Positions 1 to 8,863 of a DNA stretch of 20,041 bases are shown here, piece after piece. Location: assembly GCA_048885925.1 (NCBI GenBank), contig JBHLLG010000053.1:1-20041 (forward strand), given 5' to 3'. Each line of letters begins with the position of its first letter. The stretch's first letter is position 1. The stretch comes from Candidatus Hermodarchaeota archaeon. Its GTDB lineage: Archaea; Asgardarchaeota; Lokiarchaeia; Sigyniarchaeales; SOKP01. The notes beneath the pieces were generated by a model. The model did no database searches. It saw only the letters and a list, made by a program, of their open reading frames with translations, and was not told where the DNA came from. Both the position numbers and the translations under genes were made by a program.

Positions 1-7
1 ATTATCG

Positions 8-601
8 CTAAGCAATTTTTATTGAACTTGTAGATTTGTATATATCTAAAAAGTTTGATACATGAATTTGAGGTTTTATTCCATTTATTGTCTTAATTTT
101 TATATTTATAAAGTTCCAAAGCGATTTTTCATCTTTAGCAATGATTTGGGCGATAATATCATGATCTCCAGATGAAACCGCCACAAGTTGAGTCTCTTCA
201 AAAGTGGCAATCTTGCTTGCAATATCCTTCATTTTTAATGGATCAACAGATAAACCTATCAGAGCTATTGTGTTATAACCAATTTTCACAGGATCTACAA
301 TAGCTGCAAATTCTTTAATTATTTCTTCTTCAATCAGCTTTTTTACTCTATTATGAATAGTACTAGCTGCTAATTGTAGCTTATTTGCTAATTCTTGATA
401 TGAAACTTTATCATTTTTTTGTAATATATTCAAAATCCTTTTGTCTGTTTCATCTAAAGAATCACAATTCCAAGGACGATTTTGTCGATCATCATTAAAA
501 ATAACACCATGCTCGATTGAGAATCCCTCACATTCGTGATATATTTTTCTACCTAATGAGTATTCTTCACCACATTTAGGACAGGTAACTATTTTAATCA
601 A
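8..601 (-). CDS. Lrp/AsnC family transcriptional regulator with N-terminal Cys/His (CPKC...HEC) extension
   Basis: HTH region LDETDKRILNILQKNDKVSYQELANKLQLAASTIHNRVKKL followed by a RAM domain (VDPVKIG...SSGDHDII). About 48 extra N-terminal aa; TTG start. Confidence 0.9.
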   Translation of the reverse strand: MIKIVTCPKCGEEYSLGRKIYHECEGFSIEHGVIFNDDRQNRPWNCDSLDETDKRILNILQKNDKVSYQELANKLQLAASTIHNRVKKLIEEEIIKEFAAIVDPVKIGYNTIALIGLSVDPLKMKDIASKIATFEETQLVAVSSGDHDIIAQIIAKDEKSLWNFINIKIKTINGIKPQIHVSNFLDIYKSTSSIKIA

Positions 602-704
602 CTCGTTTCTATTAAGTGCGTTTTTTAATTTAAAAATTTATATTATTTCAATCTGAATAAATTTCATTTTAATTTTTTTTTCAATTTAGCATTAATTTAG
701 TTTC

Positions 705-723
705 TCTAATATGATATATGTGA
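705..723 (+). repeat. 19-bp direct repeat copy 1 (TCTAATATGATATATGTGA)
   Basis: Identical to 3607-3625. Confidence 0.85.
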
Positions 724-730
724 TCAATAT

Positions 731-738
731 TATTTAAA
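731..738 (-). promoter_or_regulatory. Putative TATA box (TTTAAATA on minus strand) for the Lrp/AsnC gene
   Basis: Matches the archaeal TATA consensus, lies 130 nt upstream of the start and 4 nt from a 15-bp palindromic box. The AT-rich background limits certainty. Confidence 0.5.
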
Positions 739-742
739 TCTA

Positions 743-818
743 TCGAAGATAGTTCGGTAATGGCAATTATTACCGTATGATATATACTTATTTTTGTTTA
801 TCCCCGAATCATGTTCGG
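743..818. promoter_or_regulatory. Two 15-bp semi-palindromic boxes YCGAA-N5-TTCGG (743-757, 804-818); candidate Lrp autoregulatory sites
   Basis: TCGAAgatagTTCGG and CCGAAtcatgTTCGG, 61 bp apart, GC-rich in an AT-rich spacer upstream of the Lrp gene. Confidence 0.6.
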
Positions 819-924
819 CTGAATTATAAATATAAATAAGAGAAAATTAAAATTCTCTTATAAGAAATTATTTATTTAATTAGTTTTGATATAAAAACAA
901 AATAAAGTTTTAAAAGATAGAAAT

Positions 925-3054
925 TTAGACATTTGTAATTAGAATAAAACCCCAATTAATTATTCCGCCTATTAATAAAGCAATAACTATTTCTAAGAGA
1001 GAAATTTTTAAAGCAAACTCCCAATTTGTTTCCCTTGCTATAATGACTATCGTTGCAAAGCATGGAATATAAAGCATTGTTACTAAACAAAATACAATCA
1101 TTTGAAAAGGAGAAAATAAACCTAAAAGTGTGGTTCCCATGGAATTGGCTAATAATGCTAAAAGAACTAACGTTAATTCTTTCCTTAATATTCCATAAAT
1201 TAAAAAAATGCCAGTTATCGCTGGTAATCCCAACCAATAAACCGTGATTGGTATAAATAGAAAATTAATAGAATCCAATAATCGAAACATAAACAATAAC
1301 TCTAATAAGGCTCCTGATATTATTATTATAGGCATTGCTTTATAGATAAATTCTTTAGTTCTCATCCACGTTTGTTTAAAAATTACAGAATAATTCGGAA
1401 CACGATATTCATGCATCTCCATAATTAATTCAGTACATTCACCGGGTAAAATCTTATTCAATATTTTACCAATTAAAATGATTACTATAAAATTTATAAC
1501 AAATAATAGTAGAACCCATGTTATTCCGAGATATCGCCCCACTAAACCTAAAACAACAGTCATTACTGCTGCGCATGGAATCAATGAAGTTAATGCAATT
1601 GAAATTTTCTTTTCTCGTTCTGTTTCCATAATTCTGCATCCTGTGCAAGCAGGGACATTACATCCAAAGCCTAATATCATAGGGATTATAGTTTTTCCAT
1701 GAACACCAATAATATGCATAAATCGATCCATTAGATATGCCGCACGAGGTAGATAACCTGAATCCTGTAAAATTTCTATGATTAAAAAGAAAGGAACTAC
1801 ATAAACCAAAACACCACCTATTGCCCCAAAGATACCCCCCATAACTCCTTCCCAAAATACTTTAACTCCCCAATCATCCTTGGAGTAGAAATTATAAATA
1901 ACATTACTTAAATTTTCAAACACTTTTTCATTAATGCCTCCAAGGAAATCTCCAATAAAGAAAGTAAAAAAGTAAATGCCGATGAGAATTAAAACTAATA
2001 TTACATAACCCCAAAAAGAATGAGTTGTTAGATGATCTAATTTTTCAGCCCATTCTAATTTTATTTTGCCATAAGATTTAACGTTAAGAACTTGCTCAAT
2101 TATTTTATGAATATTTGTATAAATTTCTGAGGAAATAATTGTACTAATATCTTCTCCTTGCAATTCTTCTAGCTGATTTCGATATTTATAGGCTAAATCA
2201 AGTATATATGTTGTATTTTGGTTAATCTTGAATATTTTTTCAATTTCTTCATCATTTTCTAAAATCTTAATGGCTAAAAAACGTGAAGGATAATGGAATT
2301 TAGGAAAATAATGCGGATGTTTGTCAATATTTTTGATTAAGCTATTTAATTTACTTTCAACTTCTTTACCATATGTTAATATTGAAGATAAATCTGGAAA
2401 TAGAAAAGAATTTTTGAGAGTTGATTCTTCTCTTGGAGTTATATTGCAATGAGATAACTTTTCGTGAATTATTTTACCATTCTGATTATAATGTGAAGTT
2501 GATTTGTGATAAACTACTAATTCTATTGCTTCTTCAAGTAATTGATGAACACCTGTACCGTGCACAGCTATAACTGGAATAACTGGTAATTTAAAAAATT
2601 CTTCTAACTTTTCAAAATCTAACTTTAAATTTCTTTTTCTTAAAATATCCATCTGATTAATAGCTAATATCATTGGAATTTTAAGTTCTAATAATTGAAA
2701 AGTAAAGAATAAATTACGTTCAAGATTTATAGCATCAATTACATTTATAATAACATCAACATCTTCAGAAACTAAATGCTCTCTGCTAATTATTTCTTCT
2801 AGAGAATAAGTTGATAAGGAATAAATTCCAGGTAAATCGATAATATTGAATCGATACCCTAAAAAGTTTAGATGTCCTTCCATCTTTTCTACGGTTTTTC
2901 CAGGCCAATTCCCTATAGTTTGAGAAAGACCAGTAAGTTGATTGAAAATCACTGATTTACCAACATTTGCATTACCAGCTAAAGCTATATTGATAATTCC
3001 TATACTTTTTTTGTCTCTCCCATCTAGCTTACTCTTAAATTTTTTACTCTTCAT
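925..3054 (-). CDS. feoB: Ferrous iron transport protein B
   Basis: G1 [20 protein letters not shown] and NQMD motifs; membrane domain with [17 protein letters not shown] and LYIPCFAT. Confidence 0.97.
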   Translation of the reverse strand: MKSKKFKSKLDGRDKKSIGIINIALAGNANVGKSVIFNQLTGLSQTIGNWPGKTVEKMEGHLNFLGYRFNIIDLPGIYSLSTYSLEEIISREHLVSEDVDVIINVIDAINLERNLFFTFQLLELKIPMILAINQMDILRKRNLKLDFEKLEEFFKLPVIPVIAVHGTGVHQLLEEAIELVVYHKSTSHYNQNGKIIHEKLSHCNITPREESTLKNSFLFPDLSSILTYGKEVESKLNSLIKNIDKHPHYFPKFHYPSRFLAIKILENDEEIEKIFKINQNTTYILDLAYKYRNQLEELQGEDISTIISSEIYTNIHKIIEQVLNVKSYGKIKLEWAEKLDHLTTHSFWGYVILVLILIGIYFFTFFIGDFLGGINEKVFENLSNVIYNFYSKDDWGVKVFWEGVMGGIFGAIGGVLVYVVPFFLIIEILQDSGYLPRAAYLMDRFMHIIGVHGKTIIPMILGFGCNVPACTGCRIMETEREKKISIALTSLIPCAAVMTVVLGLVGRYLGITWVLLLFVINFIVIILIGKILNKILPGECTELIMEMHEYRVPNYSVIFKQTWMRTKEFIYKAMPIIIISGALLELLFMFRLLDSINFLFIPITVYWLGLPAITGIFLIYGILRKELTLVLLALLANSMGTTLLGLFSPFQMIVFCLVTMLYIPCFATIVIIARETNWEFALKISLLEIVIALLIGGIINWGFILITNV

Positions 3055-3115
3055 ATATATTTTCCAAAAATCAAATTTTATTTAACAAAAAAAATATTAA
3101 ACAATTTTAGAATAA

Positions 3116-3397
3116 TTATTCAGATTTTTCAATTAATACAATTATCCTTGCTGCTAAACCTCTACCAATAACTAATAAAGATCCTTTCACTATAATTTCA
3201 ACCGGACCTCGAAAAGGAGCTGCTTGTTTTTTTATTATATTAACCCCAGGAATAATCCCTAAATTTGCAAGTCTTCTCTTAGCATGATAACCGGCACGCA
3301 CTCTCAATACCTTAAGCTCTTCTCCTATTGGGCAGTCAACCAAATTTGTTATTAACGGTGAGACTTTTTTTCTCTTTTGGATTAAATTTTCAGACAT
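3116..3397 (-). CDS. feoA: Ferrous iron transport protein A
   Basis: RRLANLGIIPG...APFRGPV...IGRGLA FeoA (SH3-like) signature, directly upstream of feoB. Confidence 0.95.
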   Translation of the reverse strand: MSENLIQKRKKVSPLITNLVDCPIGEELKVLRVRAGYHAKRRLANLGIIPGVNIIKKQAAPFRGPVEIIVKGSLLVIGRGLAARIIVLIEKSE

Positions 3398-3418
3398 GGG
3401 TACCTTGAAAAAATTTTA

Positions 3419-3439
3419 TGAGAAAAAACTTTTTTCTCA
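3419..3439. promoter_or_regulatory. 21-bp palindrome TGAGAAAAAA-C-TTTTTTCTCA in the feoA leader
   Basis: Perfect 10-bp arms with a 1-nt centre, lying between the putative TATA box (3461-3468) and the feoA start. Confidence 0.45.
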
Positions 3440-3460
3440 ATTAAAATATATATTTAATTC

Positions 3461-3486
3461 TATTTAAACTTATTAGTTATACCTAA
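3461..3486 (-). promoter_or_regulatory. feoAB promoter: DtxR/SirR-type box TTAGGTATAACTAA (3473-3486) plus TATA TTTAAATA (3461-3468)
   Basis: Near-perfect TTAGG-N4-CCTAA palindrome (1 mismatch), 4 nt upstream of a TATA box. A DtxR-family gene lies 0.7 kb away. Confidence 0.7.
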
Positions 3487-3606
3487 AATAAAAAGCTTTT
3501 TCTTGCACATTTTTATCATCGTTATTGAATTAATGATATTTAACATCACTATAAAATAATATTATTATTTTAATTATCAATAATCCAACTTTGGTTTTCA
3601 AATTCT

Positions 3607-3625
3607 TCTAATATGATATATGTGA
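3607..3625 (+). repeat. 19-bp direct repeat copy 2 (TCTAATATGATATATGTGA)
   Basis: Identical to 705-723. Confidence 0.85.
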
Positions 3626-3677
3626 GTTATTGAATTCTTATTAGATATATAATTTTTTAAAAAAATTTTGGTTTTTA

Positions 3678-3691
3678 TGAATATATATTCA
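3678..3691. promoter_or_regulatory. Palindromic operator TGAATATATATTCA (site 1)
   Basis: Perfect 14-bp palindrome, 5 nt before CTTAAATA (3697-3704), upstream of DUF5320. Confidence 0.75.
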
Positions 3692-3738
3692 CAATACTTA
3701 AATAGTTAGTTTGATATTAATATAATAGAAAGTAATAA

Positions 3739-3752
3739 TGAATAATTATTCA
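3739..3752. promoter_or_regulatory. Palindromic operator TGAATAATTATTCA (site 2)
   Basis: Perfect palindrome, 61 bp after site 1 and 27 nt before the DUF5320 ATG. Confidence 0.75.
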
Positions 3753-3779
3753 GAAAAAAAATATTGAAGGTAATAAAAT

Positions 3780-4148
3780 ATGCCAAGTGGAGACAGAACT
3801 GGACCAGGAGGATTAGGACCAATGACAGGTAGAGCTTTAGGATATTGCGCAGGTTATGATACGCCAGGATTTACAAAAGGTCCTGGATGGGAATTTGGAT
3901 GTGGTTGGGGACGCGGTAGAGGTTGGTGGCGCGGTAGAGGGATAGGATATGGTAAAGGTTGGGGTTGGGGCTATTCAATTCCCGTTTATACCCCCTATAC
4001 TCTTGGAATTGCACCACAAATTACATCAGAAAGCCAATTATCAATGCTAAAGGAAGAGAAAAGTTATTTGGAATCAGAAATGAATGGCATCAAGAACGCA
4101 TTAGAAGATATATCTAAAAGAATTGGTGAATTAGAAAAAGAAGAATAA
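3780..4148 (+). CDS. DUF5320 family protein (Gly/Arg/Trp-rich, C-terminal coiled coil)
   Basis: N-terminal MPSGDRTGPGGLGPMTGRALGYCAG signature, GRGRG repeats and a heptad-repeat C-terminus. Confidence 0.88.
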   Translation: MPSGDRTGPGGLGPMTGRALGYCAGYDTPGFTKGPGWEFGCGWGRGRGWWRGRGIGYGKGWGWGYSIPVYTPYTLGIAPQITSESQLSMLKEEKSYLESEMNGIKNALEDISKRIGELEKEE

Positions 4149-4173
4149 TTTTTTTTATTTTTTTTTAATTTTT
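4149..4173 (+). terminator. Oligo-T tract after DUF5320 (archaeal intrinsic terminator-like)
   Basis: Consecutive long T runs immediately after the stop codon. Confidence 0.4.
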
Positions 4174-4190
4174 GAAAGGTAGATATCTAA

Positions 4191-4571
4191 ATGTGGAAAG
4201 TTCATGAAAGTTATGAAAATTATTTAAAAGCAATATATTTAATTTCAAAAACAAACAAAGGTGGATGGGTATCCAATTCTGGGATTTCAGATTTCTTACA
4301 AGTTAAACCACCTTCAGTAACCAATATGTTATATAAATTAAAAGCAGAAGAATTAATAGACTGGAAACCAAGAAAATCTTTACGTTTAACTAAAAAAGGA
4401 AAAAAAATAGCTCAAGATATATTTAGGAGCTATAAGAATCTATGTGATTTTTTTAGGAATGTTTTAAAATTAGAAAATAATAATTTGGTAAAAAAACTAT
4501 CTTGTGAAATAGAGCATCATTTAACTCCAGAAGTATCTCATGCTTTAAAAGAGCTCCTTCTTGAATATTAA
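4191..4571 (+). CDS. DtxR/MntR family metal-dependent transcriptional repressor (short form, no C-terminal FeoA/SH3 domain)
   Basis: ENYLKAIY, VKPPSVTNML, LRLTKKG and SCEIEHHL motifs. Confidence 0.93.
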   Translation: MWKVHESYENYLKAIYLISKTNKGGWVSNSGISDFLQVKPPSVTNMLYKLKAEELIDWKPRKSLRLTKKGKKIAQDIFRSYKNLCDFFRNVLKLENNNLVKKLSCEIEHHLTPEVSHALKELLLEY

Positions 4572-4597
4572 AAGAATTAACATTTTTATTTATAACT

Positions 4598-5041
4598 TTA
4601 AAAAGTATTTTTCATCTTGTATTCTTCAATTACACGTTTTATTGTTCTTACTGCTAATTCAGCACAATGTCTATGATCTTCAGGTAAACCTCCTAAAGCA
4701 TTCTCAATGTCAATTGGTTGTAAATTTTCAGCATATTCTAATGTTTGCCCTTCAATCAACATTGTAGTTTGACTTCCTGCTGCTACTGTAGCACCACATC
4801 CATCAGTAATAAAATTTGCTTTTTCAATTATACCCTCTCTGATCTTTAGAAAGAATTGCATGGTATCACCACAAGGTCCTTCATAAGCGTGCCATGCACT
4901 TATTTCTTCATCTTTTAATTTGCCCCAATTTTTTGGATTTTGAAGTAGTTCTACAATATATTTATTATATCTCTTAATTTCCTCTTCAATAATTTCTTTC
5001 TGAATTTCCTCTACCCATTTTTCTAAATTATCGTCAGGCAT
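4598..5041 (-). CDS. iscU: NifU/IscU-type Fe-S cluster scaffold protein
   Basis: NPKNWG, GPCGD, DGCGA and HCAELA: the three conserved U-type scaffold cysteines. Confidence 0.9.
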   Translation of the reverse strand: MPDDNLEKWVEEIQKEIIEEEIKRYNKYIVELLQNPKNWGKLKDEEISAWHAYEGPCGDTMQFFLKIREGIIEKANFITDGCGATVAAGSQTTMLIEGQTLEYAENLQPIDIENALGGLPEDHRHCAELAVRTIKRVIEEYKMKNTF

Positions 5042-5092
5042 CTTTTATAAATTTGATAAGATTTTTGATAAGGTAATTCAAAAAATTTAGAT

Positions 5093-5962
5093 TTATTTTT
5101 CCAAAAACCCTCGAATCTTCTTAACTGTTTCTCTAAAAGCTTTAGTTGACTTACTATCAGGATACTTTAATACAAAGGGTAATCCTTTATCTCCTTGTTG
5201 ACCTACTTCTATCTCAAAAGGTATTTTACCTAATAATTGAACAACGAAATCCTGAGCTGCTTTTTCTGCTCCGCCTGGAGGATAAAGATCAATATATACT
5301 CCACAATTGGGACAATTAAAACCTGATTGATTTTCTATAATTCCTAAAATTTTTCTTTCCATTATTTGAGCCATTTTTATAGTTTTCCGAGCATCCATTA
5401 AAGCCACTTCCTGAGGGGTTGTAACTATAACTACATTTTCATCTGGTATAAGCTGCAAAATATCTAAAGTCTCATCACTCGTGCCCGGAGGTAAATCGCA
5501 TATTAAATAATCTAATTCACCCCAAATGGCCTCACCTAAAAATTGTCTTACTGCACTCATTTTCATCGGACCCCTCCAAATAACGGGTGAGTCTGAACTC
5601 TCAATAAGAAATGCCATACTCATTACTTTGAGATTTAAAGGTCCATTAACGGGATAAAATTTTTTAGCCCCAGGATCAACTCGCGGTTTTAATTCTGGAT
5701 TTACTCCTAGCATTTTAAGAACGTTTGGTCCTGTTATATCAACATCTAGAATTCCTACTCTTAAGCCAAAACTAACTAAACTCATTGCAAGATTAACTGC
5801 AACTGTTGTTTTTCCTACGCCTCCCTTACCCGATATAACAACGATTTTGTATTTGATATGTTTCATATTCTCTTTAATGTCGATCATTAATTTATCCATC
5901 TGCTTTTCCTTTTCTTGCTGAATTGTCTCCTTTAAATCTATATCTGGAATCTCTTCGCTAAT
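5093..5962 (-). CDS. mrp: Mrp/ApbC/NBP35 Fe-S cluster carrier ATPase (first ATG at 5899; probable ATT start at 5962)
   Basis: SGKGGVGKT, DVDITGP, IWRGP, DLPPGT, TTPQ and CPNC motifs. The frame stays open upstream to 5968, with GAGGT 8 nt before an ATT. Confidence 0.93.
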   Translation of the reverse strand: MSEEIPDIDLKETIQQEKEKQMDKLMIDIKENMKHIKYKIVVISGKGGVGKTTVAVNLAMSLVSFGLRVGILDVDITGPNVLKMLGVNPELKPRVDPGAKKFYPVNGPLNLKVMSMAFLIESSDSPVIWRGPMKMSAVRQFLGEAIWGELDYLICDLPPGTSDETLDILQLIPDENVVIVTTPQEVALMDARKTIKMAQIMERKILGIIENQSGFNCPNCGVYIDLYPPGGAEKAAQDFVVQLLGKIPFEIEVGQQGDKGLPFVLKYPDSKSTKAFRETVKKIRGFLEK

Positions 5963-6026
5963 ATTTTTCTACCTCTTAATTTTTATTGGTTAAATTTATA
6001 AAGTTACTAAATGTTTACTAATTATG

Positions 6027-6048
6027 ATAATGAATAATTATTCATTAT
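6027..6048. promoter_or_regulatory. Palindromic operator (site 3), core TGAATAATTATTCA 6031-6044, extended 22-bp perfect palindrome
   Basis: ATAATGAATAATTATTCATTAT, between the divergent mrp and NifX/ATPase genes. Confidence 0.78.
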
Positions 6049-6080
6049 AAAAACTTACGAATTGATAATTAAAAAAAGTA

Positions 6081-6512
6081 ATGTTAAAAAATATGGTTAT
6101 TGTAGCAATTCCTTCAATGGGAAAAGGTGGTTTAAATGATTTCTTAAGTCCACGATTTGGAAGATGTCCTAGTTTTACATTTGTCGAAATAGATAATAAG
6201 GAGATAACTGCAGTAAAAACAGTCCCAAACCATGCAACTAGTGCTATGGGTGGAGCTGGTGTGCAAGCAACTCAAATAATTGGTAATAATAATGCAGAAG
6301 TTGCAATTTTAGGGTTTCTAGGACCTAATGCGGCTAATGGACTTAAAGCTTTGAATATAAAACTTTTTCACGCACCAGATAAACAAATAACAGTAAAAGA
6401 AGTATTAGATCTTTTTATTGAAGGTAAATTAGAAGAGATGTCTAACTCAAGTGTGGCTTCACATTATGGAATGGGTGGTGGTCGGGGGAGAGGAGGATTT
6501 AATCATCCTTAA
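6081..6512 (+). CDS. NifB/NifX (dinitrogenase FeMo-cofactor biosynthesis) family protein, Orp-like
   Basis: VAIPS...SPRFGRCPSF...GGAG...GFLGPNA motifs and a Gly-rich tail. The start may be ATG 6093. Confidence 0.88.
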   Translation: MLKNMVIVAIPSMGKGGLNDFLSPRFGRCPSFTFVEIDNKEITAVKTVPNHATSAMGGAGVQATQIIGNNNAEVAILGFLGPNAANGLKALNIKLFHAPDKQITVKEVLDLFIEGKLEEMSNSSVASHYGMGGGRGRGGFNHP

Positions 6513-6542
6513 AAAAATAGATAGTAAATTAATTTAAATCTC

Positions 6543-7466
6543 ATGAGTAAGAGAAAACCTCACATAATTTGCATTACCGGTGGAAAAGGTGGAACAGGAA
6601 AAACTCTCTGTGCTGTCAATATTGCAGTTATGTTTAAAAATGACGGGTATAAAGTGCTACTTATTGATGGAGATGTAGAAAATCCTAATACTTATTTACT
6701 TTTAAATGGAAAATTAGAAAATAAACAAGAAGTCTCATTTTTCAAACCAAAAATCTTTGAAAATAAATGTACTAAGTGTGGTATTTGTGCTCAAAATTGT
6801 TTATCTAATGCGATTTTACATGTAAAAGAAGCATTTCCTATTCCTATATTAACAGTTTGCTCGGGTTGTCGACTATGCTATAAGATTTGTCCCGAAAAAG
6901 CAATTGAAGCGGATACAAAAATGATTGGTTGGACATTCACTACAGAAATTAATGGATTATCACTAATACTTGGAGAATTAAAGCCTTCAGAAGCTAGATC
7001 AGCTACAATTGTTGATGCTCTTCTTGATAATCTCAAAAAGATTCAAGAAAATAATCTGGAAAACTTTGAAATTATTATCTTAGATACTGCTCCAGGTGCA
7101 CATTGTGATGTGGAACTTTTAATTGATGCAGCAGATGTAGCAATTCCCATTACTGAACCAACTAAATTCGGTAAATTGGATTTAATTAGAATAATGGATT
7201 TGATTAAGTTGTTAGGGAAAGATTCTCAAGTGATAGTAAATAGATCTTCATTATTAGGTTTTAGACAACAATTTTTAAAGGAACTAGAGGAAGAAAATAT
7301 AAAAATTTTAGGTGATATCCCGTTAGATTCTGATATTGTAGATTCTTACTGCTTAGGGACTCCAATCATGGATAAGAACAGTGTATATAATAAAGAGGGT
7401 GCGGGTTATAGAGCGTTCACAACAATTTATGAAAATTTAAAAAAATGGATAAAAATAACTCAATGA
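6543..7466 (+). CDS. MinD-superfamily P-loop ATPase with inserted 2x[4Fe-4S] ferredoxin domain
   Basis: GGKGGTGKT, DGDVENPN, CTKCGICAQNC, CSGCRLCYKIC, DTAPGAHC and TEPT motifs. Confidence 0.92.
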   Translation: MSKRKPHIICITGGKGGTGKTLCAVNIAVMFKNDGYKVLLIDGDVENPNTYLLLNGKLENKQEVSFFKPKIFENKCTKCGICAQNCLSNAILHVKEAFPIPILTVCSGCRLCYKICPEKAIEADTKMIGWTFTTEINGLSLILGELKPSEARSATIVDALLDNLKKIQENNLENFEIIILDTAPGAHCDVELLIDAADVAIPITEPTKFGKLDLIRIMDLIKLLGKDSQVIVNRSSLLGFRQQFLKELEEENIKILGDIPLDSDIVDSYCLGTPIMDKNSVYNKEGAGYRAFTTIYENLKKWIKITQ

Positions 7467-7488
7467 CATATAAAAAGAGTATAAATAT

Positions 7489-8421
7489 ATGAAAAGAAAA
7501 ATAGTAGGTGTTGTTTCGGGCAAAGGGGGAGTGGGTAAAACCACATTAACGGCATCATTGGCGAGTCTTGCTTATAAAGATTTAACGACACAAGTTATCG
7601 TAATGGATTGCGATGTTGATGCTCCAAATTTAGCAATTATTCTTCCTCCTAAAGATGATTCTACAATAAAAAAAGAAGATACATTTACAACAAGAAAAGC
7701 GGAGTTTATAGAAGATCAATGTATTAATTGTAAGCAATGTGTTGATGATCATTTCTGTGAATTTAATGCATTAAAATGGAATAGCCAAAATTCAATTCCC
7801 ACAATTGATTTCTTAAAATGTGAAGGTTGTGGAGCTTGTAAGGTTTTATGCCCAGAACACGCATTTGAAATACATCCCGTAAAGAGTGGAGAAATTATTT
7901 CATACAATAATATTATGGGATTTCCTTTAATTTATGGAAAAACGCAATTAGGAAGCACAACATCTGGAAAGTTAGTATCAGATGTTAAAGATTATTTAAC
8001 CAATATTATGGAATTTGACAAAAGTAATTTAATATTGATTGATGGACCTCCAGGAATTGGATGTCCTGTAATTGCAACTATCTCGAATTTAGATTATGTA
8101 ATTACTATTAGTGAACCTACTCCATCTGGTTTACATGATTTAATACGTATAATAGAAGTAATTCAACAATTTAATATCCTATTTGGATTGATAATAAATA
8201 AATCAGATTTAAAAAGTCCTTTTCAGAAAGATTTTAAGCAATATATTAATGAAACAGGATATAATATATTAGGGAGAATTCCTTTCAATCTAGCTATCCC
8301 AGAAGCTATGTCTTTTGCTAAACCTGTTGTAGATTTTGATCCAAATTCAAAAGCAAGTTTAGCTATTAATAAAATTTACGAAAATTTAAAACTTAATTTA
8401 TGGAATAATTCTTTAATTTGA
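7489..8421 (+). CDS. MinD-superfamily P-loop ATPase with inserted 2x[4Fe-4S] ferredoxin domain (second paralog)
   Basis: SGKGGVGKT, DCDVDAPN, CINCKQCVDDHFC, CEGCGACKVLC, DGPPGIGC and EPTPSGLHDL motifs. Confidence 0.92.
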   Translation: MKRKIVGVVSGKGGVGKTTLTASLASLAYKDLTTQVIVMDCDVDAPNLAIILPPKDDSTIKKEDTFTTRKAEFIEDQCINCKQCVDDHFCEFNALKWNSQNSIPTIDFLKCEGCGACKVLCPEHAFEIHPVKSGEIISYNNIMGFPLIYGKTQLGSTTSGKLVSDVKDYLTNIMEFDKSNLILIDGPPGIGCPVIATISNLDYVITISEPTPSGLHDLIRIIEVIQQFNILFGLIINKSDLKSPFQKDFKQYINETGYNILGRIPFNLAIPEAMSFAKPVVDFDPNSKASLAINKIYENLKLNLWNNSLI

Positions 8422-8443
8422 TCTTTAAATTTAAAAAAAGGAC

Positions 8444-8863
8444 TTAAATAAATTCTTTAATAAGATGATAAACGTTATTAGAATTGCATTTAATACAATT
8501 CACCTTTTTTTCTTTTGATGCAGTAGGATCTTCCCATTCATGATTACAATCTTGACATCCATATCCCACAAAACTTCTTCTATAATCTACATCACCTCCA
8601 TATACTCTAATTGGCTTACCCTCAATTAAAGCTACTGTATTTTTTCGATGTGCCTCTTCAAGGATTCTAGAGAATGTTGGTTGACTAATTCCCATTTTTT
8701 CAGCTGCATCTTTTTGATTTAAACCAATATAATGCTTAAGTCGCATAGCCTCAAATTCTGCTATTGTTAAAATAACGGTGTCTTCAGCCGTGGGAGGTTG
8801 ATGTGCAAAATAGAGATTTTTTGGTGTATGGTATACCCATCTTCGACCTCTTCTTCTTCCTAT
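8444..8863 (-). CDS. DUF134 (UPF0251) HTH DNA-binding protein with C-terminal Zn ribbon; probable ATA start at 8863
   Basis: Extending the track ORF upstream gives (M)GRRRGRRWV...LTIAEFEAMRLKHYIGLNQKDAAEKMGISQPTFSRIL, then CQDC...CIKC. GGTGA lies 6 nt before the ATA. Confidence 0.9.
   Translation of the reverse strand: MGRRRGRRWVYHTPKNLYFAHQPPTAEDTVILTIAEFEAMRLKHYIGLNQKDAAEKMGISQPTFSRILEEAHRKNTVALIEGKPIRVYGGDVDYRRSFVGYGCQDCNHEWEDPTASKEKKVNCIKCNSNNVYHLIKEFI

Noticed and set aside
956-1855. Short ORFs 956-1237, 1053-1247, 1466-1648, 1478-1702 and 1658-1855
   Set aside because: They lie wholly inside feoB in other frames or on the other strand and have no family motifs; shadow ORFs.
4180-4189. 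TAGATATCTA palindrome just before the DtxR start as an autoregulatory box
   Set aside because: Only 10 bp, and its spacing differs from the TTAG-N6-CTAA box at 3473.
4561-4767. 68-aa + strand ORF
   Set aside because: Antisense to iscU and overlapping the DtxR stop; no motif.
7464-7484. Selenocysteine read-through at TGA stops (7464-7466, 8419-8421 and the TGA before DUF134)
   Set aside because: The TGAs sit at natural protein ends or in an SD-like element, not at conserved Cys positions. After 7466 an in-frame TAA follows within 6 codons.
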